Source: a bacterium
GTDB lineage: Bacteria; Zhuqueibacterota; Zhuqueibacteria; Residuimicrobiales; Krinioviventaceae
Length of the DNA stretch: 64,000 nucleotides
NCBI GenBank assembly: GCA_963693055.1
Contig: OY843751.1
Coordinates: 2,592,001-2,656,000 of the forward strand
Direction of reading: 5' to 3'
Below are positions 9,675 through 19,418 of this stretch, one piece after another. Position 1 is the first letter of the stretch; each line of letters opens with the position of its first letter. Under the pieces are notes generated by a model. That model worked only from the letters and a program-made list of their open reading frames with translations. It made no database searches and was not told where the DNA came from. The translations under genes and the position numbers were made by a program.

Positions 9675-11055
9675 CAGATTGTGTTTTTATTTTATCTATA
9701 ATAAAAACAATTAAAGTACTAACCAATCCCGGATAGATCGGCTCAATTGAAAACAGTGGTATTGATTGACCATAAGCTGGTTTTAATATAGTCCAACCCA
9801 ATGAAAAAAACGCTCCCGCCAGAATGCATACTTTAGCCCCGGTTGTACTCATTTTCAATTTGTGAAAAAAACTGCTCACAACCGGAATTAACAATGCCGG
9901 GGTTGTAATTGAACCTAGTTGCTTCCATAGTTCAATTACAGATTGACCATACAAAGCTAATCCTATAGAAAAAATTGTTGAAATAATTAATCCGATACGA
10001 GTATAGTATTGGATGCGGTTTTCATCTTTCCCTGAAAATCTCCACAAACAATCCCTGCCAATGGTTATTGCGGCTAAAAGCGAATAACTGTCAACTGTAG
10101 ACATAATTGTTGCAAGCAAGCCCGCAAAAAATAGTCCTGTTACAACAGGAGGTAATACAGTAACTGCCAAATCAAGATAACTGGTAACCGGATTTGAAAG
10201 ATTAGGCAAAATCGCTTTAGCGTAAAGTCCTGTCATTGTTGTTAGAAAATCAAAAAATATCCAAAATATTACAGAGATTATAATTCCCTTTTTTACAACA
10301 GAGGGATGACGAGCTGCAAAGCAACGCTGATAAAAAGCCGGTTCAACCAATGTTGATAATGCAATAAAAAACCACATGATAATGTATATGGCTCCTTGTC
10401 CACCATGCCATACAAAATGGGTAGGAGGTAAGGAAGTTTTTAGAAAATGGAATCCTCCATAGTTCTGAAAACAAAATGTTAGTAAAAGAATAAATCCTGT
10501 AAACATGAGCGAAAATTGCAAATAATCCGTTTTAACAACAGATTTAAAACCACCGGCAAAAACATAGATAAAACTGAATGATGCACCTATGACAATTCCT
10601 ATCCAGAGAGGCCAATTGAAAAAGAATTGCAGCAATACACCCAGCATCAAGACATAAGCTGCTGGTGCTGTAAATATGAACACAAATACAGCACCCATTA
10701 AAGATACTGGTTTGTCATAAGTCTTTTCCAATAATTGAGGAATAGTCAACAGCTGAGATGTCTGAACTTTTTTTGCTAAAAGAAAAGCGAATAATAATGC
10801 TGCTGTATAATATGGAACACCAAATACAATCCAGTTCGAGATCCCGTACAAGTAAGAGAATTCACCTACACCTAAAATTCCCCCATACCAAGTTGACACA
10901 AGAGTTGCTACAAATGCCGGCAATGTTAATTGTCTGCCACCTAGAAGGAAATTATTTGCATCCTTATTATCTTTTGAGCGATAAAAAGTTAGACCTAAAA
11001 TAAATACGAATAAAAGATAGAGTAATATGATCAATGTATCTATTAAAGAAAGCAC
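9643..11055 (-). CDS. Sodium:solute symporter family protein (PutP/PanF-like, substrate unknown)
   Basis: FLLGGRQL, GGFKSVVKTD, YQRCFAA, ATIMSTVDS; many TM segments; GTG start. Confidence 0.88.
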   Translation of the reverse strand: MLSLIDTLIILLYLLFVFILGLTFYRSKDNKDANNFLLGGRQLTLPAFVATLVSTWYGGILGVGEFSYLYGISNWIVFGVPYYTAALLFAFLLAKKVQTSQLLTIPQLLEKTYDKPVSLMGAVFVFIFTAPAAYVLMLGVLLQFFFNWPLWIGIVIGASFSFIYVFAGGFKSVVKTDYLQFSLMFTGFILLLTFCFQNYGGFHFLKTSLPPTHFVWHGGQGAIYIIMWFFIALSTLVEPAFYQRCFAARHPSVVKKGIIISVIFWIFFDFLTTMTGLYAKAILPNLSNPVTSYLDLAVTVLPPVVTGLFFAGLLATIMSTVDSYSLLAAITIGRDCLWRFSGKDENRIQYYTRIGLIISTIFSIGLALYGQSVIELWKQLGSITTPALLIPVVSSFFHKLKMSTTGAKVCILAGAFFSLGWTILKPAYGQSIPLFSIEPIYPGLVSTLIVFIIDKIKTQSAIQSQIEFWN

Positions 11056-11137
11056 ATTATTTCCGGATTAGTTGATTGATATGTTTAAAGAATGGTAAGA
11101 GTTTTTAGCAGGGAATACGTTCCCCCCAATATGGTGC

Positions 11138-11620
11138 TTATATAAATGTTTTAACAATTTCATTTTGAATGGTCTGCAAGTCTGAATAGGCTTTGTTGAT
11201 TTCACTTATTTTGGATTGCAGCTTTTTCATCAGTTTTTGCTTCTCAAGACCATTTCTAAAAATGATCAACAGATCATCATTATCCCAGGGTTTTTCAATA
11301 TATTGAAACAAGCCTACTTCATTAATAGCTTTAATAGCATTTTCTTTATCAGCATAGCCGGTTAATATGATTCTGGGTACTTCGGGTTTTAAATCTCGAA
11401 CTTTGGCTAAAAAGGAAATTCCATCCATTTCAGGCATTAAATAATCTGAAACTACAAGATGTACATCATTTTCTTTAATGTAATCCAGTGCTTCACTTGC
11501 CAAAGTAAAGGTTTTTACCTGGTAATCTGTTTCCAACATGAGGAATGAATTCAAGCTTGAAAGTACAATCTCCTCATCATCAACAATTACTATACTTTCT
11601 TTATCTGAACTTTTCTCCAT
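11138..11620 (-). CDS. Response regulator (receiver domain plus short C-terminal coiled coil, no DNA-binding output)
   Basis: IVDDE, SDYLMPEMDG, ILTGY, EKPW; AGGAG RBS. Confidence 0.92.
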   Translation of the reverse strand: MEKSSDKESIVIVDDEEIVLSSLNSFLMLETDYQVKTFTLASEALDYIKENDVHLVVSDYLMPEMDGISFLAKVRDLKPEVPRIILTGYADKENAIKAINEVGLFQYIEKPWDNDDLLIIFRNGLEKQKLMKKLQSKISEINKAYSDLQTIQNEIVKTFI

Positions 11621-11667
11621 GATTTACTCCTGAAATATCCTTTACAAATCAACCATATTGTCAATTT

Positions 11668-11676
11668 ATTATAACA
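11668..11676 (-). promoter_or_regulatory. Extended -10 element (TGtTATAAT) upstream of the receiver gene
   Basis: Minus strand reads TGTTATAAT about 48 nt before the ATG; no properly spaced -35 seen. Confidence 0.4.
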
Positions 11677-11727
11677 TGAAAAGTAATAAATAATATTATC
11701 AATCTCAATAGTAAAATTTTGTTTTTT

Positions 11728-12186
11728 TTAATCTTGATTTGTATTTTGATTAGTGGGAATATCTATTCGAACGCGTCCAACAAGCCGACGTAATCTTTTC
11801 GACATGGTTTTAAGTACCCCTTGAGTGATACGTGTGTGATCAGATAATAAATCATAAAAATCGTCACGATCTATGCGAAGCAGGTGTGTTGGTTCCAAAG
11901 TTTTTGCAGTAGCAACTCGAGGTTCATCATCAAAAAGGGCCCATGTGCCCATAACATCTTTTTTACCTGCATCCATGATTTTCTGTTCATTGTGGCTAAC
12001 TCTCACAAGACCATCGACAACAATATACAGAGCATCTGACGGATCTCCTTCTTTATAGATCACATAATCCGTATCATAGTTGTATTCTTCTGTTATTGCT
12101 GCAATAAAAGCCAAATCACCTGTTGTTGTATTTTCAAATACATCAACCTCTTGCAGCAGTAATACTTTTTCAATGATTGTGAGCAT
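11728..12186 (-). CDS. Stand-alone cyclic nucleotide-binding domain protein
   Basis: IYKEGDPSDALYIVVDGLV...GTWALFDDEPRVATA; no HTH; N-terminus MLTIIEKVLLL resembles the cNMP module of NTT-HEAT-cNMP fusions. Confidence 0.88.
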   Translation of the reverse strand: MLTIIEKVLLLQEVDVFENTTTGDLAFIAAITEEYNYDTDYVIYKEGDPSDALYIVVDGLVRVSHNEQKIMDAGKKDVMGTWALFDDEPRVATAKTLEPTHLLRIDRDDFYDLLSDHTRITQGVLKTMSKRLRRLVGRVRIDIPTNQNTNQD

Positions 12187-12196
12187 ATAACCTCGT

Positions 12197-15001
12197 TTAA
12201 TTTGCCATCATTTGGTAATATAAACCTATTGTTTGTTTTACCAATGGATCATTATTGATATTCAAATTTTCGACAAGTGTGTTGTATTCAGATTTTTTTA
12301 ATACTGAAATATAATAAATTGTACAACTTTTTAACCAGCTATTATTAACTGTTAATAAAAACGTTAATGCATCTGTTTCATCTTTAATTACATGATGATG
12401 ATCCATTTGCAAAGGTTTATTTTCAATCTCACTTTTATCGTCTTCAAGCAAAGGGAGAATGATTTTTTTTAATCTTGAATGTAAAAGGTTATCTAAAAAT
12501 TCCACAGCATTTGCTGTGCTGTCGTTTTGTTGACTCGTTACAGCAAGATATGCATTGTAAATGTCTCCGGGGGGATAATAAAGTCCCAATAGTCTAAATG
12601 TTCTTTCTAAAATATCTTCCATATGTTCTGTTATTGATCTTGACAATAACAACTTGGCTTTAATTTGCTGTTCTGTTAAATCTTTAATATTATTAGAAAA
12701 TACCTGATGAACTGATAACAAATTATAATATTTTTCAGTTTCTGTAAATATAATATCTTCTATTATTTCTAATTCAAATTTTAACATGGGATTTCCATCC
12801 CGTAATTTATTCAATGCCTTTAACACCCTGTATCTAAAGCCGGGATCCCCGGTATTTATATGATTAATCAAAATGTTTGCAGAATCTTGTGTATTGATCG
12901 ATGATAAAACTTTGGGAATAGCATACATTAGCCTAAAATCTGTTTCTTTGTTATGTAAAATAGAATCCATTTCAGGTAATATGGCTTCACCATATAGAGC
13001 CAAGGCATTTCTTGCAAGTGTTTTGTGTGTTTTATGAGTAAGGTACTCTGTCAAAGTTGGAATGAATAAAGGATCTCGGGTATTTCCACTTTGAACAATT
13101 GCCGATTGTACAACAGCAATTGATTCATCCTTTAATAATTCAAGCATGTATGGATATAACAACTTTTCAGAACTGATGCCAATAACTTTGGTTATTGTTA
13201 TGTTTATGAAATTCCTTTGATTACTGTCTAGTTCACGTATACAACTCTGTTGAATAAATTCATGGTAAAGGTCTGATATATTTATTTTTTTACGAAACAA
13301 TGCATCGTTCTTGAATTGGATAGATGCTGCCAACATTGCCGCACTACATATTTTATAATCACTGTTGGATATTAAAGCGCCTATCAGATTCTCACTTTCT
13401 TTATCATGCCTGAGTAAAAACAAAATAGCTTCAACTTTGATGTCAAAGTGATTGTCGCTCAACATATTGCGAACTTTATCTATAAATGCATCTGGTTCGT
13501 AATTTTGAATGATTTCCAATGTTTTTAATCGTATTTGATGAGATTTATGGTTCAATAAATTATGTAGAATGGGTGCAAGTTGTGGGTTAATATTATTTTC
13601 CAGTAGATCTAGCACATATATCAACTGCCGGGTATTATCAGTTTCCAGTATTTGCTTAAAATAGGCAACCATGGTTGCATCATCAATTTTAGTGGTTTGT
13701 TGACTGGGATCAATAGATCTTTTTTCAATGGCTAGTCTGAATGAATTCAGGTATTCACTTTTTACTTTGATGATGAGATAAAGCCAAACTATGATTAACA
13801 GAATAATAACAATGCTCAAATGCGCTACAGATAAATGAAGATTTGTAACCAGTATGATTAATAAAAGTCCGCTTATACCCGTAGCAAGACTATCAATAAA
13901 AACATCAATAAATGCTTTGGTTTGGTTTTTCATTTTACCAGGTATTGGAACGGTTAACAGTTCCAGCCCTGCTTTATTTATGGATTGTTTGAAACCACCA
14001 TCCGCAACTTTGATGATTATTGCTGACCAGAGTGCCGGTTGAAGTAAAATACTTATGGCTCCGGCTAAAATACCAACAGGCAGGAAATAGAGCGACGTTG
14101 CAACGCCAAATAATTTAAATATTCTACCGGTGAGAAACATTTGTATCAATAAAGACGCCACACTGAGATTCGACAACCAAAACCCAAAAAATGCTGTAAG
14201 TTTATCTTTATCTTTAATGATATCACTTGCAATTGCATTAAACTGGTAATCGACCAGGTTGGCTACCATAACGCCTACACCCACAATTAATGCCAGATAT
14301 AACAAGTGGCGTGATTTTGATATGATTTTGATTGCGTTACCCGGTTTTTCACCTTTACGTCTTTTTTCTTCTTTTAATAATTTTTGAGTATAATTATCAC
14401 GGGTATCTTTTTGCCATATTAATGATAAAAGTACAATACATATAATTAAAAAAAGCGCACAAAGTAACAGCATATTCGACGTGCCAAGAATAGGAGCCAG
14501 CAAACGAGTCATATAGCCCCCGGCAATACCTCCGGAAATAGCTCCTGAGCCTATAAAGCCAAACAGGCGTTTGGCTTGTCTGGCATCAAATACATAATTG
14601 GCTAATAACCAGAATTGAGATGTTGTTATGACACCAAATAACGCAACCCAGATATATATAACAAAAAAAAACCAGCCTGCATTATAATTTATTTTTAATA
14701 ATCCCCAGAATATTAACAACGAGAATATAGATATTAATAAGGTACTTTTTATTAATTTATTAAAATGTACCCTTTTAGACATGCGTGTATATAATTCAAT
14801 GATGCCTGCCGCAAAGACAGCAACCAGCATAAATGCCCATGGCAGCATATGCACACCATAATGCGTCAGAAATAATGAATTTCGTACTGGTTTGGCAATT
14901 AGTAATGAAGCAATAATCAGAAAAATGTATGAGAACATTAACAGTGTTTTATGAACTTCATTTTGTTTTATGTTAAATAATGTATTAAAAATTCTGGACA
15001 T
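12197..15001 (-). CDS. Npt1/Npt2 (NTT/TLC) family nucleotide transporter fused to HEAT/ARM repeats
   Basis: N-terminal ~420 aa hydrophobic with KPVRNSLFL, SQFWLLANYVFDARQAKRLFG, VDYQFN, KAFID; C-terminal ~500 aa of HEAT-like helical repeats. Confidence 0.88.
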   Translation of the reverse strand: MSRIFNTLFNIKQNEVHKTLLMFSYIFLIIASLLIAKPVRNSLFLTHYGVHMLPWAFMLVAVFAAGIIELYTRMSKRVHFNKLIKSTLLISIFSLLIFWGLLKINYNAGWFFFVIYIWVALFGVITTSQFWLLANYVFDARQAKRLFGFIGSGAISGGIAGGYMTRLLAPILGTSNMLLLCALFLIICIVLLSLIWQKDTRDNYTQKLLKEEKRRKGEKPGNAIKIISKSRHLLYLALIVGVGVMVANLVDYQFNAIASDIIKDKDKLTAFFGFWLSNLSVASLLIQMFLTGRIFKLFGVATSLYFLPVGILAGAISILLQPALWSAIIIKVADGGFKQSINKAGLELLTVPIPGKMKNQTKAFIDVFIDSLATGISGLLLIILVTNLHLSVAHLSIVIILLIIVWLYLIIKVKSEYLNSFRLAIEKRSIDPSQQTTKIDDATMVAYFKQILETDNTRQLIYVLDLLENNINPQLAPILHNLLNHKSHQIRLKTLEIIQNYEPDAFIDKVRNMLSDNHFDIKVEAILFLLRHDKESENLIGALISNSDYKICSAAMLAASIQFKNDALFRKKINISDLYHEFIQQSCIRELDSNQRNFINITITKVIGISSEKLLYPYMLELLKDESIAVVQSAIVQSGNTRDPLFIPTLTEYLTHKTHKTLARNALALYGEAILPEMDSILHNKETDFRLMYAIPKVLSSINTQDSANILINHINTGDPGFRYRVLKALNKLRDGNPMLKFELEIIEDIIFTETEKYYNLLSVHQVFSNNIKDLTEQQIKAKLLLSRSITEHMEDILERTFRLLGLYYPPGDIYNAYLAVTSQQNDSTANAVEFLDNLLHSRLKKIILPLLEDDKSEIENKPLQMDHHHVIKDETDALTFLLTVNNSWLKSCTIYYISVLKKSEYNTLVENLNINNDPLVKQTIGLYYQMMAN

Positions 15002-15021
15002 TCAGTAATTTGCACCTGTAA

Positions 15022-16350
15022 TTATTGATTAAAGCTGGCAACTCTTTTTTTATTTTCAATACCAATTGCTATGGCAATAATTATCCAGATTGTGACTAGT
15101 GCAATGTTAAACAGCGCAAACTGTTTGGTATGAAATGCTAAAAAATTTGTACCCAGATAAACAACCAATGCCGATAAAACATCACCTGCCCTTACAAAAA
15201 ACGTATCAATTGCCTGTTTGGCATTATACTTTTCTTCACGGGTGGTTGGAAGGAACAATACTTGTCTTACTGTATTCTGTAAAGAATAATCTGTTGAATT
15301 TTCAAATATCTTGGCCCATTTTACAAACATTAAAACAGGATAAAAAGCCATAATAAAATAACCGCCCAATGCAATAAATGGGAGAACCAGTAAAGCAACT
15401 CGAATACCTATATATTTTAAGATCCTTGAAACCAGAAACAATTGTATGATTAATCCCGCAATGTTGACAATGGTAAAGAAATCAGCATAAAATTTTCCAA
15501 TGTATTCTTTAACCATATCACCCGAACCAGGATCAGTTATCATTTTTGATGCGGCTTCAGTAACTGTTCTTCCAAGAATGTATTCACCTGTTGTATTTAC
15601 CCAATTGAGAAATAATAATAAAAACGCAATCAGCAATAGATATTTGTTTTTAAGAACCAGACCAAATCCATTGCCTTTTTTTAAAGGTTCAACAATGACT
15701 TGTTTTATTTCATCATTCAACTGGACAGTGTTTTTTTGACGTTTATCTACCAGGTTTGTTAACAATAAAGAAATCAATAACAATGCTCCAGAAAGCAGCA
15801 ATAACTGATAAACTCCTAAAACACCTATTAATCTGCCTGTGATATAGCTTCCAAAAACTGCACCTGATGAAGCTCCAAAAGCAACAATAACAAAGATCCG
15901 TTTACCATCTTCCGGAGTATACAAATCATTGGCAAATGACCAGAATTGAGCAATTACCATAAGATTGAAAATTCCAACCCATAAATAAAAGACAACGCCC
16001 AGGGGTACATTAAACTGGGCCAGGATATAAAACACAACTAAACACCCTGTAAAAAACAGTGTTACAATATTTATTAGCGGCTTACGTGGAAAACGGCTTG
16101 CAAGCCAACCATATAATGGAACAACTCCCAGTAGTAATATCGCTTGTCCCGCAGCGGCATAGCTTTTTACTTCTGCACCACCACCGGCAAGAATTAGGGC
16201 TTCTCTAACCGGTTTAATGATATAATAAGAAGTTAAGAGTAGAAACAAGTTGACGAATAACAACAGCGCTGATACACCTTCACCAGCCTTAACTTCGGTA
16301 AAGATGTTTAAAAATCTTTCCAGATAACTTTTAGATCTGTTTTCCAACAT
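15022..16350 (-). CDS. Npt1/Npt2 (NTT, ATP:ADP antiporter family) transporter, stand-alone
   Basis: YYIIKPVREALIL, QFWSFANDLY..EDGKRIF, KIFENSTDYSLQNT, EEKYNAKQAIDTFFVRAGD. Confidence 0.88.
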   Translation of the reverse strand: MLENRSKSYLERFLNIFTEVKAGEGVSALLLFVNLFLLLTSYYIIKPVREALILAGGGAEVKSYAAAGQAILLLGVVPLYGWLASRFPRKPLINIVTLFFTGCLVVFYILAQFNVPLGVVFYLWVGIFNLMVIAQFWSFANDLYTPEDGKRIFVIVAFGASSGAVFGSYITGRLIGVLGVYQLLLLSGALLLISLLLTNLVDKRQKNTVQLNDEIKQVIVEPLKKGNGFGLVLKNKYLLLIAFLLLFLNWVNTTGEYILGRTVTEAASKMITDPGSGDMVKEYIGKFYADFFTIVNIAGLIIQLFLVSRILKYIGIRVALLVLPFIALGGYFIMAFYPVLMFVKWAKIFENSTDYSLQNTVRQVLFLPTTREEKYNAKQAIDTFFVRAGDVLSALVVYLGTNFLAFHTKQFALFNIALVTIWIIIAIAIGIENKKRVASFNQ

Positions 16351-16417
16351 GACAACTCCGGTAATTTTGATTCTAGTAATATATTTATTTTATGTACATT
16401 ATAAAAGTCGTTTTTTT

Positions 16418-18016
16418 CTAATGGGTTACTCCTACCAGTTTAATTTCTCCATTTTCCCTTTTAATGATATGGAATTCAGCAGGGGGCAAATAATCTTTGT
16501 TATTTAATTTAGAAATATTTACTACAAGATAATTGTCTGCTTTAGCAAACATTTCAGATGATAGGGGGATCAATATTTCATCATTATTTACCTGATATAG
16601 AGTATTGTTTGATTGGATTAAATTTGCATCGTCTTTAATATTTAATTGATAATATTGAGAATCCTGATTGTCTACAATGCCAAATGCAATATCCTTTAAC
16701 ACAAGTGTGTCGTTTTTTATTTTAATAAATTCAAGGGGGGTAACCTGATTTAAATAATATTTGAGCACTTTGGTTTTTCGTCTTTCAAGGGTTGCCAACA
16801 TGTACTTTGCTGCCGCTTTATTAGGATAATGAGCTGAATCAACCAGAGCATTTAAATGCTCCAAGGTTACATTTGAAAGAATTTTGGCCGCCCAATAATT
16901 ATCACCAGGCTGACTATATTGTATAGGATCAAAAGGATGAGATTCTTTCCATTTTTCCGGTTTGAATAGCGTTGCCTCAAATGTGCCCACAGATGGCCAG
17001 GGTGTATAGCTCGCTTTTTCCCAATCCTGCACCAGTAATCCCATGGTAAAGAAATTAAGGAAAATATCATTTAAACTGAAATTATGATTAAAGCCGGCCC
17101 ATAATTTTTTACTTCTTGTGGCAAACGTTCCAAAAGCATCATCAAAATCTATCATATAATGTTTGACGTATCCTTTATTCTGTTCGCCTACATAAATGTC
17201 AAAAAGGTTGTCACTGCCAATTTCTGACATGTTGGTAAAAGAGGCAAACACCCGTAACGCTCTCAGAATTCTTCGCTCCTCATGAGGAAAAAGATCATTG
17301 GCGTCTTCATGCCTTACACCTTTGGAAGGTGAAGGTCCCATTGGTAATCCCTCAATAATACGGCTTGCAATGGATCTAAAAGATCCATTCTCAGGCTCAA
17401 CCGTGCGGGATAAAATTTTATCAAGCCCTGTTTCATCAAGATCGCTCGTTGAATCAATCTGTAAATCTCTACGCTCAAAATAAAACAATTGATCTTCAGG
17501 AACATTATATCCAAAACCCCAAAATAGTCGATTTACAATAAATGATGTTGAGGTAGCAATAGACGGATATCCTTGTGGGTCCATTTTCAACATATAATGA
17601 TTATCATTACTGTCTTTAATAAATAAACGTGGGGTGGTATCTGCTTTGCGCACTCTGATAACAGTCAAGGGTGGGACAGGGGGACCAAATTCTGTTGGTC
17701 CTTTAGCAAGTTCTGCTGGTGTAATGTCTTGGTAACCCAATCTCGGGATATACCAGCTTGAAGCCGGAACCTGGTCCATGCTGTTTACATCTCTGGCCTG
17801 GTTATTGGGTGCAATAAAAAAACTTTCAACTACTGGCTTGGGGGCCAATACATTTGCATAATATTCGAAACGGTTGTTGAATACTGTTTTGGGTAAAGGG
17901 ATAGGGGATATATCATTATAATACATGACCGGTTCTTTATCTGCAAAACGATACGTTTGTGGCGCGCATGCACTGAATAATACCATGAATAATAATATGT
18001 GTCTGATTTTGATCAT
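16418..18016 (-). CDS. Lipoprotein with atypical protein-kinase-like fold (HipA/PI3-4K/CotH-like), catalytic motifs possibly degenerate
   Basis: Start reassigned to ATG 18016 (MIKIRHILLFMVLFSA-C lipobox); HYMLKMD, LFWGFGYNVP, NMSEIGSDN and HYMIDFDDAFG in kinase motif order. Confidence 0.65.
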   Translation of the reverse strand: MIKIRHILLFMVLFSACAPQTYRFADKEPVMYYNDISPIPLPKTVFNNRFEYYANVLAPKPVVESFFIAPNNQARDVNSMDQVPASSWYIPRLGYQDITPAELAKGPTEFGPPVPPLTVIRVRKADTTPRLFIKDSNDNHYMLKMDPQGYPSIATSTSFIVNRLFWGFGYNVPEDQLFYFERRDLQIDSTSDLDETGLDKILSRTVEPENGSFRSIASRIIEGLPMGPSPSKGVRHEDANDLFPHEERRILRALRVFASFTNMSEIGSDNLFDIYVGEQNKGYVKHYMIDFDDAFGTFATRSKKLWAGFNHNFSLNDIFLNFFTMGLLVQDWEKASYTPWPSVGTFEATLFKPEKWKESHPFDPIQYSQPGDNYWAAKILSNVTLEHLNALVDSAHYPNKAAAKYMLATLERRKTKVLKYYLNQVTPLEFIKIKNDTLVLKDIAFGIVDNQDSQYYQLNIKDDANLIQSNNTLYQVNNDEILIPLSSEMFAKADNYLVVNISKLNNKDYLPPAEFHIIKRENGEIKLVGVTH

Positions 18017-18017
18017 A

Positions 18018-19373
18018 TTAATAAAATGAAACTCCAATATCTGCGTGTAATCGTAAGCCTTCTGAACCATAAATGATTTTAATATTTGCCATTTCATCAT
18101 CTCTGCTATGTAAATCAAAAATAAAACCTGCCGCCCAAACCGAGTGAGTAAAAGATAGTTTTCTATAATCAGAACTTGCTGTAAGATAATCTGCAAAAAT
18201 ATGAGCACCAATATTTTGAGATAATGGCCAGCTATACTGAATTGATGGTATTAGCAAATGATTGTCTAACCTGAGATATGTTCTTTCATTTACACCTCTA
18301 AATTGCTCATGATGGGGATATTCTGTGAATGGAATAATCTTGTTTTTATCTAAATTGCGAATCGCATGAACCGTTAATTTAGGGGTCAAGATTCTGTTGT
18401 TATTTAATACAGCAAACCGTTTATAAACCGTAATGCCAGATTTCAGAGATAAATTGGGATTGTTACCAAATCCTCGGTTTATACCTGTATAGGCTTCAAA
18501 AATACTTCCTGTCGAAAAATATCGGGTGTTGGGTTGTGAATCAAATTTTAAGGACAGTTCATTATACCATTGATTGTAAGTTGAATTCATGCCTGGTATA
18601 GAGCTTGTTAAAAATGTATGTGAAACCCAATTATCACCTTCAAATGCATCTTTGACTATTCTCTGGTCAAATGATGTCATTAAATAAAAATTGAAATTAG
18701 GCAAAGGTTTATAACCGGAAATGAGACGGACCGCTGTATGCTCTTGAAAAAAATATCCATATTTTGACTTTGGATTTTTTACATACTGGTTTCTGGAATC
18801 ATTTCTGGGATCGGCTCCAAAACCATAATACTTTCTATCATCATCGTATTCATGTAATACTTCAAAGTTGAGTCGAATTAACCGGTCGTCATGATTTACA
18901 AAATAGGATGCTCGTGTTTCTATTTTATATTTTTCTTCGTCAGCATATTTTGCTTTGAGCGTTAATTGAACAGGAGATTTTTTCATGATAAAGTTGATGC
19001 CTATGCGGGGACGCAAACCTGATGTAAGACTGGCAGTAGGGTACCAACCCAAGGTTTTATCCTGTGTAAAGAAAATATATTCCAAATCGTTTATAAATTT
19101 GGGATTATTGACAAGCTCTATACCATAACCTGATGCGTATTTGATACCTGCGGAAAATTGTTCAGGAACAAACAATACTGTTTTTTTTAATGTATATAGT
19201 GCTCTAAACCCTGCTTTTTCATCTCGCTCAATTCCACGTATATGCATATATGCTTGTTGAGATGTTGATAAAGTCTTTTGCTTTACCTGCAATGAATCCG
19301 TGTTATTGGTGTTAGCAGCTAATGCAGAATATATGATAAATTGTAATATTGTAATATATAATAGCTTTTTCAT
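18018..19373 (-). CDS. Outer-membrane beta-barrel protein, Omp85/BamA-TamA-like barrel without POTRA domains
   Basis: Signal peptide MKKLLYITILQFIIYSALAA, amphipathic aromatic strands, FRGV resembling the (V/I)RG(F/Y) loop-6 motif, C-terminal beta-signal LHADIGVSFY. Confidence 0.65.
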   Translation of the reverse strand: MKKLLYITILQFIIYSALAANTNNTDSLQVKQKTLSTSQQAYMHIRGIERDEKAGFRALYTLKKTVLFVPEQFSAGIKYASGYGIELVNNPKFINDLEYIFFTQDKTLGWYPTASLTSGLRPRIGINFIMKKSPVQLTLKAKYADEEKYKIETRASYFVNHDDRLIRLNFEVLHEYDDDRKYYGFGADPRNDSRNQYVKNPKSKYGYFFQEHTAVRLISGYKPLPNFNFYLMTSFDQRIVKDAFEGDNWVSHTFLTSSIPGMNSTYNQWYNELSLKFDSQPNTRYFSTGSIFEAYTGINRGFGNNPNLSLKSGITVYKRFAVLNNNRILTPKLTVHAIRNLDKNKIIPFTEYPHHEQFRGVNERTYLRLDNHLLIPSIQYSWPLSQNIGAHIFADYLTASSDYRKLSFTHSVWAAGFIFDLHSRDDEMANIKIIYGSEGLRLHADIGVSFY

Positions 19374-19418
19374 TCGTAATATTTTCCGCAAGTGTGTCTT
19401 AAATATTATCGAGCATTT

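Noticed and set aside
11056-11137. Possible riboswitch (e.g. TPP) upstream of the SSS transporter
   Set aside because: Only a 5-bp hairpin GGGAA-CGTA-TTCCC; no CTGAGA or other aptamer core, and the region is short
18017-18211. N-terminal 65 aa of the 597-aa ORF as listed in the track
   Set aside because: Overlaps the barrel gene; ATG 18016 gives a clean lipoprotein signal peptide directly after the upstream stop
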